37,074 bases of DNA from contig JAHLWS010000035.1 in the NCBI GenBank assembly GCA_019057795.1, positions 1-37,074 on the forward strand, in the 5' to 3' direction. This document shows, piece after piece, positions 29,851 to 37,074 of the stretch. Origin of the DNA: Promethearchaeota archaeon. Lineage in GTDB: Archaea > Asgardarchaeota > Lokiarchaeia > Sigyniarchaeales > SOKP01. The notes beneath the pieces were generated by a model. The model did not search any database, was not told where the DNA came from, and saw only the letters and a list, made by a program, of their open reading frames with translations. How positions within the stretch are numbered: the stretch's first letter is position 1; each line of letters begins with the position of its first letter. The position numbers and the translations under genes were made by a program.

Positions 29851-29942
29851 TCAATGCTATTTATTATTTTCACATTTTTTTTCTTTCCTTAGATATTTTT
29901 CTTTTCTTACTTTATTTTATTTAATTGCTTTTCTTGTTTTAT

Positions 29943-29979
29943 TTACCTAATATAAGGTGCATTACTTACCTGATATAAG
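29943..29979. repeat. Imperfect 14-bp direct repeat with palindromic character
   Basis: TTACCTAATATAAG (29943-29956) and TTACCTGATATAAG (29966-29979), 23-bp period. Confidence 0.6.
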
Positions 29980-30076
29980 TTTTTGGTTTGGTTTTCTTTT
30001 GGTTTTTTATAATCCTTAATCCTTCTAATTTTCTTATCGAGTTTATATTCGGTTTGGTTGTCCCTTGCGAATAGGG

Positions 30077-30424
30077 TTATTCAGGTAAATAAAACTTACA
30101 TATAGTACACTGTTTTGCTTTTAATCGCCTATCAGGTCCGAGAATAATATATTTGCTTTTCATATCCCCGCCGCATTTTGGGCAGTTTTTCACAAAGTTC
30201 TCTTTTATTGAATCTAAAACTTTCTGGATGCTTTTCTCTAGCTGAAGTAATTCATTTGCGTTTTCTATTATTTTTTTCGCAGAGATAATGCCAATTCCCT
30301 TAATCCATGCTAGCTCTTCGGTTGTAGAGTTTGAAATCTCTTCAATTGTTTTCACACCTGCTTTATTAAGGTTTACAGCAGCTATTGGTCCAATACCTCT
30401 AACCCGTTCGAGCTCATTAGACAT
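30077..30424 (-). CDS. Helix-hairpin-helix protein with C-terminal Zn ribbon
   Basis: VRGIGP and IKGIG HhH motifs, CPKCGG...CTIC; ATG 30424 preferred over the track start 30466. Confidence 0.85.
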   Translation of the reverse strand: MSNELERVRGIGPIAAVNLNKAGVKTIEEISNSTTEELAWIKGIGIISAKKIIENANELLQLEKSIQKVLDSIKENFVKNCPKCGGDMKSKYIILGPDRRLKAKQCTICKFYLPE

Positions 30425-30598
30425 AAAAAACACTTTTATATGAATTATTCCACTTGAGAATGACAAAGATTACTACTTGAATGAATTATAAAGAAACTTA
30501 ACTTACAATATTTTTGAATTTATCTATATTAATTAATAATTGCAATACTAAAAGATAAAATTTGAGATGATAAAAAAAAGAAAAGATTTTAGTAAAAG

Positions 30599-31315
30599 TT
30601 ATTTTTCAATTTGACGCCCGACGCCGTAATACATCAAATAAGCACCTAAAAGAGCTAATATCAAGCCTACTACTCCTATTATGGTTCTAAAGGAGTCAAT
30701 ATTTAAAGTATTAGAGATAAAAATTCCATACATAAAGATGATAATTGAGCATAATCCGAATATAAAGAATTTCCACTTTTTTTTTATTAGCTCATCTTCA
30801 AATTTCTTATAAATCTGAAATGATAGATAAAGTGCTGAAAATATTGCAATAGTTTCGATCGCTACAACATATAAGAAGAATGGAAAACTCCAAATAGGGC
30901 TCCAATTTTCGTTAAAAGTAACACCATAACCAGGATAAAATAGAAATCCTATCATTGAAAACATAGCAATACCGTACACAATAAGAATAATTAATTGCTT
31001 CCTTGTTGTAATTGCCTTTTCAGATTTTAAAAGAATTAAATTAAAAACAACGATAAATATTGAAGAATAGAAGATAAAAAAGTTAGTGAGAAAGTTTAGC
31101 ATTAGCACAACAGATACATCGGTAAGAGGAGCATAAATAAAATTTATAATAAATCCAATAGCGGGAGATAAATAAAATCCTGAAAAGATTACATTTAGTC
31201 GTTTCCTATCTCTTTTGAGAATTTTGAACGCCAAAAAAAGGAAAAAAATACACATAAATCCTTGGGCTACATATATCGTTATAAAACGAATTATTGACAT
31301 TTGATAAAGAGTCAT
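30599..31315 (-). CDS. Stand-alone 7-TM receptor-like membrane protein (paralogue B)
   Basis: 7 TM; KILKRD..LN in the first loop, WSPIWS loop before TM5, KKFEDELIKKKWKFF, YYGVG. Confidence 0.8.
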   Translation of the reverse strand: MTLYQMSIIRFITIYVAQGFMCIFFLFLAFKILKRDRKRLNVIFSGFYLSPAIGFIINFIYAPLTDVSVVLMLNFLTNFFIFYSSIFIVVFNLILLKSEKAITTRKQLIILIVYGIAMFSMIGFLFYPGYGVTFNENWSPIWSFPFFLYVVAIETIAIFSALYLSFQIYKKFEDELIKKKWKFFIFGLCSIIIFMYGIFISNTLNIDSFRTIIGVVGLILALLGAYLMYYGVGRQIEK

Positions 31316-31454
31316 TGTTAAATCACATTTGAATTTGTTTTATTGTTAGAAATTTAAAATTTTTTTAATTTTGATAGACATATAATTGTATTTTTCCTAT
31401 TTAATTGTAATTCAATTCGATATATATCGAGATGTAAAAATAATATTAAAATTA

Positions 31455-32162
31455 TTATAATTGCTTCGCTACTCCATAATAAACAAAATACAGAGAAATA
31501 AGCGCGGGTAACGATGTAAGAGACCATATTAACCTAAAAGTTGGGTCGGCTAATGTATTGGAGATTGTAGTACCATAAAATAAAAAGAAATATGCGAAAA
31601 TACCAACTAAAAAATACTTCCATTTCTTTTTTAATTCCTTGTACTCGAACTTAAGATATAGTTTTAAAGAAAAATAAGTTGTAGGAACAATAGCTATCGA
31701 GCTACAAATAATAAAACTAAAGGTTAAGAAAGGCCAACTCCACTCGGGTTTCCAATCCGTACTTGCATTAATAACAATACCGTCTGGAATAAACCATAGG
31801 CTAAATAAAAGAACGCTAAATGTAATTATCAATACTAATTGAATTTTGGGAGTTATAACATCTACCGATTTGTCAATTATTAATACAAAAATGAGTAAGA
31901 AGATTAAAGAAAGGCACAGCAGATAGTAAGTTAAAAAATGTAGTATATGAACAACGGACTCTACTAAAATGAACGCGTAAATCAAATTTATAATAACTCC
32001 AAAAGCCACAGATAAATAAGCTCCACTTAATATAAGATTAGGTCCCTTCGACTCTCTCTTTAAAATTCTATACGCTATAAACAGAAAAAATAAACCAGTT
32101 AACCCTTGTACGAGAAAAACTTGAATGAATCTTGCTATATCCATATATTGCGCTAATAACAT
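31455..32162 (-). CDS. Stand-alone 7-TM receptor-like membrane protein (paralogue A)
   Basis: 7 TM; RFIQVFLVQG, RILKRE..PN, WKPEWS, KFEYKELKKKWKYF, ISNTL and YYGVA shared with the neighbouring gene. Confidence 0.8.
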   Translation of the reverse strand: MLLAQYMDIARFIQVFLVQGLTGLFFLFIAYRILKRESKGPNLILSGAYLSVAFGVIINLIYAFILVESVVHILHFLTYYLLCLSLIFLLIFVLIIDKSVDVITPKIQLVLIITFSVLLFSLWFIPDGIVINASTDWKPEWSWPFLTFSFIICSSIAIVPTTYFSLKLYLKFEYKELKKKWKYFLVGIFAYFFLFYGTTISNTLADPTFRLIWSLTSLPALISLYFVYYGVAKQL

Positions 32163-32319
32163 CGAATATTATCCCATTTCCTTTAATTATATAATATACA
32201 AGATTAATTTTTTTGTCTGATATTTTATATTCGATTTTTTTCTATATAACTATTTATTTTTAAAAGTAAATGTATCTTGAAAAAGGAATAATAAAAAGTT
32301 TAACAGAATTAAGTTCTTT

Positions 32320-32508
32320 CTATTTCTCTCGCCACTCCTGACCACATCTACCACACCTATATTTCTTACCGTATACTCTAGGATAATCGTTTATAATATT
32401 TCCTCTGTCAGTTGACTCGTGAATCAAATTTTTATGTTCTTCATTACAAGATGGACATTTTCGTCTTCCTTCAGTTTTTTCAATTGTCATTAAATTATCT
32501 TCTCCCAT
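32320..32508 (-). CDS. Small Zn-ribbon protein (TFIIS/RpoM-like ending)
   Basis: RRKCPSC...YGKKYRCGRCGQEWRE. Confidence 0.8.
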   Translation of the reverse strand: MGEDNLMTIEKTEGRRKCPSCNEEHKNLIHESTDRGNIINDYPRVYGKKYRCGRCGQEWREK

Positions 32509-32693
32509 TAAATTTCAACTCTAAAGAATAAACATTTTTATTTTGGTGTTAAGTTTGTTAATCAATTTATAAATATTAAGTTAACTTGTTTTTATTATCT
32601 AAAATGTATCCTTAGGATATTTGTTTAGTTTAGTAGTTGATTTATAGGATAATAATATTAGATACCTATCTTACACATATATAGAATTTCGTT

Positions 32694-33293
32694 CTACTTA
32701 GAAAGAATTCTTCCGTAAGCCTTTGCTCGTTCAAATAGCTCTGGGTTTAAAAATTCTAATTTGAAATGGATATCGTTTAAAATTTTATCGAAGACATCTT
32801 TAACATCTCTTTGTAGATTTTGAATTTTAAAACAATATAAAAGTTCGAGTTCTCTTGTTTTTTGGATTAAACTAAATTCATTTATTCTCCTTTCATTTGG
32901 AGTTTTGTTTTTTAAGATTAAAAAAGGGTCAATTCCTGCTAAAACAGATATGCCATCGAACATAAAGCGTTGAGAAAATTTAGTATAATTTTCAATATTA
33001 ATGTTATTAATCGATTTATCATTGTAAATATTTGCTGCGATTATGATTGCGTCAAAACTATTAAAGGGAATTTTCTTGCTAATTAAATCCTCAAAACTTT
33101 CTGCAAGAATGGCTTTTAATTTTATAGGAATACCATTAAATAGAAGTAAAAACTTCCAAATTAAGTCTTCCGAAGCATATTTTAAAGCAATTTGCTTTAA
33201 ATAATCTAAAAAAATCCTTTTTTTAGAATCTTCCGTACCAACAAGACCCAAATTGATGGTATAACTAAATTCTTTCAAAACTTTACTTGTCAA
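32694..33293 (-). CDS. Rab/Ras-like small GTPase fold with degenerate G motifs (pseudo-GTPase)
   Basis: Colinear with Rab: EFSYTINLGLVG, FNGIPIKLKAI, DAIIIAANIYNDKSINNI, VLAGID, RRINEFSLIQKTRELEL, DVKDVFDKILNDI; TTG start. Confidence 0.7.
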   Translation of the reverse strand: MTSKVLKEFSYTINLGLVGTEDSKKRIFLDYLKQIALKYASEDLIWKFLLLFNGIPIKLKAILAESFEDLISKKIPFNSFDAIIIAANIYNDKSINNINIENYTKFSQRFMFDGISVLAGIDPFLILKNKTPNERRINEFSLIQKTRELELLYCFKIQNLQRDVKDVFDKILNDIHFKLEFLNPELFERAKAYGRILSK

Positions 33294-33373
33294 AAAAAAT
33301 AATTAAGGTTCTTAATTTAATAATATAATAAAATAATGCAAATATAAAATATTGATTAAATAATCTTTTCAAA

Positions 33374-34300
33374 ATGTTAATAATTTACGCGCTATTAATC
33401 GTAATGATTATTATCTGGAGTTTCTCATTTGTTCTAGTGGATATTGCCCTGGAATTTGTTCCACCTATGTCTATTGCGTTAACTAGGTTTCTAATAGTAT
33501 CAATGGTATTTATTATTGTTGATCTATATTTTTTTATTAATCGAAAAAGACAGGGTGATAAATACAACAAGAAAAAAGAAAATCTTCGATACACAAGAAA
33601 GGAATGGATATATTTAATTATCGCAAGTTTTTGTGGTATTTTGCTTTTCTTTATTGCTCAATATTCTGCAATAGAATTAATTGGACCCTCCTTACCCGCA
33701 TTATTCGTGTGCCTTTTATCCCCAGTAGTAATAACAATTTTAGCTTTAATCTTTTTTAAAGAAAAGTTGACTAAGGTTAAAATCCTGGGTTTTGCTATTG
33801 CAACTATAGGCGGTTTTTTGTTAGTTACGGGAGGAGATTTACGAACACTTACTCCAACAACGCCTAACTTCTTAGGTTATATATACGCTCTTATGACGCC
33901 TATGATATGGGCGATTTATTCAATAATAACAAAAAGAATTATAAGAAATAAATCAAATTTTAAAACCTTAAAATACATTGCTTATTTTGGGACAATACAG
34001 TTGTTCATTATCGTAATATTAAATAATGAATTGCTCATTTTTACCCAGAATTTTTTTAATATTTATGTTTTTCTAATAGGAATATATTTAGGTATTGGTT
34101 GTTATATTATCGGGTATTTTATCTGGCAGAAATCACAAAAGGAGCTTAAATCTTCGAAAGGAGCCTCTTTTTTGTATGTAGAACCGTTTTTAACTCTATT
34201 ATTTTCAATCCTCCTAAACAGAACTGAAACTATACTACTATGGAATATAGTCGGTGGAGTTATTGTATTGGTTGCTGTGTTAATAATAAATTACAAATAG
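33374..34300 (+). CDS. DMT/EamA family transporter
   Basis: IIWSFSF, LTRF, FFKEKLT, FLYVEP; 10 TM in two repeats. Confidence 0.93.
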   Translation: MLIIYALLIVMIIIWSFSFVLVDIALEFVPPMSIALTRFLIVSMVFIIVDLYFFINRKRQGDKYNKKKENLRYTRKEWIYLIIASFCGILLFFIAQYSAIELIGPSLPALFVCLLSPVVITILALIFFKEKLTKVKILGFAIATIGGFLLVTGGDLRTLTPTTPNFLGYIYALMTPMIWAIYSIITKRIIRNKSNFKTLKYIAYFGTIQLFIIVILNNELLIFTQNFFNIYVFLIGIYLGIGCYIIGYFIWQKSQKELKSSKGASFLYVEPFLTLLFSILLNRTETILLWNIVGGVIVLVAVLIINYK

Positions 34301-34430
34301 TATAAATTTTAACATAACTAATACTCCGCATAATTCTTTAGAACACTTTTTCAAGAAACTCATCAGATAGCATTGTAATTACAATTATAGATCAAAAACT
34401 ATAAATGAGGAATTATTAGTAATTAATCTT

Positions 34431-35138
34431 GTGAGCAATCATATACTTTTTATTGGGGATAGTATCACTGAAGGAAAAATAGGAATTAATTTTGTTGATA
34501 TGATTAAACTCAGATATCCAGATATTCATTGCCATAATAAAGGACATGGTGGAGACACTCTACTAGGAATCATTACACGGCTGATAAAGATTCTAAAAAA
34601 AGACATGTACAAATATTCTGCTATAGTAATTGAAGCTGGTCATAATGATATTCTCTTGCCTCACCTCAAATTAAGATGGCCTGTTATGAGAATAAAACAA
34701 GTCACTCCGGTGTCTCAAATGAGTATTATTCTCAATCAAGGGCTAAAAACAATTGTATCCCTTACTAAAGCAAAAATAATATTAACTACTTTAAGCTGTA
34801 TAGGAGAAACCTTTAATTCTCAACTGAACCAAAAAAGAAGATTGGTAAACGAACAAATTAAGAACACTGGTCACAATTATGATGCATACATTGCTAAAGT
34901 GAGTTCTCTCTTTGACAGTATCATATTAAAAAGTAATTCGAGCAGTTATCTTATCGATAATCCATTTAACTTAGTAATTGATTATTTTAGGTCTAAAAAA
35001 TCAATTTGGGCTGATAGAATAAGTAAAAAAAGGAACCTCAAGTTGACTATCGATGGAGGACACCTTAATAGTAAAGGGGCAAAGATATATTGTAGAGAAA
35101 TATCAAAAGCTTTGGATAATATTTTTTATAATTGTTAG
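34431..35138 (+). CDS. SGNH/GDSL hydrolase
   Basis: FIGDSIT, GHGGDT, AGHND, DGGHLN; GTG start with TATAAA about 30 nt upstream. Confidence 0.92.
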   Translation: MSNHILFIGDSITEGKIGINFVDMIKLRYPDIHCHNKGHGGDTLLGIITRLIKILKKDMYKYSAIVIEAGHNDILLPHLKLRWPVMRIKQVTPVSQMSIILNQGLKTIVSLTKAKIILTTLSCIGETFNSQLNQKRRLVNEQIKNTGHNYDAYIAKVSSLFDSIILKSNSSSYLIDNPFNLVIDYFRSKKSIWADRISKKRNLKLTIDGGHLNSKGAKIYCREISKALDNIFYNC

Positions 35139-35240
35139 GGTATATACATAATTTTAAAAATAATGTCATCAATAAAAATTTTATAAATCTTAAAATCTTA
35201 AAAATACTTAATTTATACAAAATAGTAGGGTATAGAAACA

Positions 35241-35393
35241 ATGTCAAAATCAAAAAATATAGACAAGACTAGCAAAGGATTAATATTTGGTTCCGATAAT
35301 CCGAATGTTATTGAAGTCAAGGATTTGAGAAAGACTTATGCGGGCAAGAAAGCCATAGAGGAAGTGAAATCAAATAAGGAGGAATACTTATGA
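35241..35393 (+). pseudogene. N-terminal stub of an ABC ATPase (50 aa), ending before Walker A
   Basis: MSKSKN...NVIEVKDLRKTYAGKKAIEEV...* ; its TGA overlaps the next ATG (ATGA). Confidence 0.6.
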
Positions 35394-36321
35394 AAGCGAT
35401 TGTATACACGAAATACGGACCACCGGATGTACTTCAGCTCAAAGAAGTAGAAAACCCTACTCCTAAGGACAACGAAATACTGGTAAAAGTATATGCGTCA
35501 ACAGTTACATCGGGGGTGGTGATAATTCGAAGTGGTATGAAAGATTTTTCTCTCTTGATGCGGTTCTTCGGTCGATTAATGTTTGGTCTCAGAAAACCAA
35601 AAAAAACGATACTAGGGTATGAGGTATCCGGGGAAGTGGAATCAGTAGGCAAGGATGTGAAATTATTTAAGAAAGGAGACCAGGTTTTTGGAAGTACCAC
35701 TGGATTGAAGTTTGGTGCTTATGCCGAGTACGTGTGCCTCCCGGAAGAATGGAGGGCAGGGGTGGTGGCAAAAAAACCAGCCAATATGACTTATGAAGAA
35801 GCCGCTGCCGTCCTATTGGGGGAATTACTGCATTGCATTTTCTTAGAAAAGGAAATATCCAGAGCGGACAAAAAGTTCTTATCTATGGAGCTTCTGGAAG
35901 TGTAGGTACTTTTGCGGTACAGCTTGCCAAGCACTTTGGGGCAGAGGTTACCGGGGTGTGCAGTACCACAAATTTAGAATTGGTGAAATCTCTGGGAGCA
36001 GATAAGGTAATTGATTACACTAAAGAGGATTTTACAGAAATAGGTGAGCTTTATGATTTCGTCTTTGATGCCGTTGGAAAAAGCTCGTCTTCAAATTGCA
36101 AGAAGGCTTTAACTCCAAACGGGACATTTATGACAGTTAGTAGGGGGTTGGCAAGGGAGAGGACTGAGAAACTAGTTTTTCTCAAAGAGCTTATTGAGGC
36201 GGGAAAGATCAAATCGGTCATAGATAGACACTATCCGTTGGAACAAATTGCCGAGGCTCACAGGTATGTTGAAACAGGACACAAAAAGGGAAATGTAGTA
36301 ATAACTCTAGACCATAATTAG
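35390..36321 (+). pseudogene. MDR-family NAD(P)-dependent alcohol dehydrogenase/quinone oxidoreductase split by a 1-nt deletion
   Basis: [15 protein letters not shown]...EEAAAV, then a frame switch at GTCCTATTGGGGGA (35810-35823, expected GTC CCT ATT GGG GGA = VPIGG) into ...[10 protein letters not shown]...GHKKGNVV; strong AAGGAGG RBS. Confidence 0.9.
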
Positions 36322-36340
36322 TGTTTTAATAAGTAGGCTA

Positions 36341-36560
36341 TTATATATTTTTTGAAACCATTTTTTCCAACTCTTTAACCAATATATCATCAATTGGTTT
36401 TATTGAACTTTTGTCAATTAATTTGGAAGCTTGTTCTCTTGCCCTTTTTCTAGTTGACTTTGAGCCAGATTTTTTCCATGCGTCTCGAGATAATCGATCT
36501 ATTATCGAACTTGTTAAAAACAATTCTTTTCTAAATAGCTTTATAGTCGATGGATGCGAT
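36341..36560 (-). pseudogene. mttB: C-terminal remnant of a trimethylamine methyltransferase (MttB) family gene
   Basis: HPSTIKLFRKELF...IIDRLSRDAWKKSGSKSTRKRAREQASKLI...PIDDILVKELEKMV matches the MttB C-terminus; the remaining ~400 aa are absent. Confidence 0.65.
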
Positions 36561-36638
36561 CTATTTAGTATAATCATCCTTATAAAAAAACAATACAAAA
36601 ACTCATTTAAAATAAAAACCATTCGTAGAGAGAAATAG

Positions 36639-37074
36639 ATGAATTTCTTGAAAAAACAATTATTTACTCATATTGTTTTTATTCTTTTTTCTATCTTTTT
36701 AATTACTACAATATTATATTTTATTATACCTCCTGAAATTCTCAATTTTCCCCAAGTTGAATTTATTAAGGTTTTATCGTCCTTATTTAATTTTGATCTT
36801 GAATTTGAAAAATATAATAACACATATTTGGTTATAACATCAAATTTTTCTTGTCAATTATCAAATGAATTATCTGGTTTTATCTTTGTATTTATTATTA
36901 TATTTTTTTGCTTTTTTACTAAAATAAATTTGAAAGAAGGATTGCTTCTTAAAGCAATTTTTATTCCTATAAATTTTTTTTTGAATTTATTGAAAATTAT
37001 AGAACTTTTAACATTATCCTTTGATTTCACTTCACTTTATTTTTATGATATTATACTGGGAATTATTTATTATC
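36639..37074 (+). CDS. Partial multi-TM protein, possibly a degenerate archaeosortase/exosortase
   Basis: ATG 36639 open to the window end (145 codons): TM, loop, QLSNELSGFIF, TM, FFLNLLKII. Confidence 0.55.
   Translation, partial: MNFLKKQLFTHIVFILFSIFLITTILYFIIPPEILNFPQVEFIKVLSSLFNFDLEFEKYNNTYLVITSNFSCQLSNELSGFIFVFIIIFFCFFTKINLKEGLLLKAIFIPINFFLNLLKIIELLTLSFDFTSLYFYDIILGIIYY

Noticed and set aside
30062-30076. Hairpin CCCT-N7-AGGG right after the HhH gene stop as a terminator
   Set aside because: 4-bp stem with no following U-tract on the coding strand
30599-32162. Microbial rhodopsin / schizorhodopsin / heliorhodopsin call for the 7-TM proteins
   Set aside because: No Schiff-base Lys in TM7 and no RYxxW-type helix C motif
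35136-35234. 9-bp direct repeat TAGGGTATA (35136-35144 and 35226-35234) as a target-site duplication
   Set aside because: Only 81 bp of AT-rich DNA between the copies, with no terminal inverted repeats or transposase
3142-36638. Many short antisense or alternate-frame ORFs in the track (e.g. 3142-3327, 3355-3612, 7348-7722, 8146-8433, 8653-8877, 13389-13631, 26381-26776, 28040-28327, 35434-35700, 36411-36638)
   Set aside because: They overlap well-supported genes, have no motifs, and are typical shadow ORFs
1-37074. tRNA/rRNA genes, CRISPR arrays, IS elements, integrases
   Set aside because: No GC-rich structured intergenic segments, regularly spaced repeats or recombinase/transposase motifs were seen by eye

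Overview
AT-rich (roughly 30% GC by eye) archaeal chromosomal segment, very probably from an Asgard archaeon of the Lokiarchaeia/Promethearchaeia type. This rests on stand-alone 7-TM paralogues, a Rab-like small-GTPase fold, a GIFT/IFT52-like protein, URO-D- and MttB-family genes, archaeal Taw2/Trm11, TATA-like boxes and oligo-T terminators. About 35 genes or gene remnants are present; I saw no rRNA, tRNA, CRISPR array or transposase. Housekeeping genes: nth, Trm11-like, taw2, pcm-like, a rhomboid protease and a sirtuin. A catabolic/transport neighbourhood contains an HGSNAT-like acyltransferase, two MFS carriers, an acyl-CoA ligase, an FGGY kinase, a class-III PLP enzyme, DUF2804 and a PIG-L deacetylase. 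The main candidates for new biology are: (i) a co-oriented minus-strand run at 30.1-33.3 kb of a Rab-like pseudo-GTPase, a TFIIS-like Zn ribbon, two tandem stand-alone 7-TM receptor-like genes and an HhH-Zn-ribbon protein; (ii) a 701-aa signal-less multi-beta-sandwich protein whose N-terminus resembles the adaptin/delta-COP mu-homology domain; (iii) a GIFT + ribbon-helix-helix + SAP/HeH fusion. Several features are missed or split by the ORF track: an ABC ATPase with TGA in its Walker A, a start-less 171-codon nuclease-like frame, an ABC N-terminal stub, a frameshifted MDR oxidoreductase, an MttB C-terminal remnant, and partial ORFs at both window edges. All family assignments come from motif recognition by eye, not database searches.
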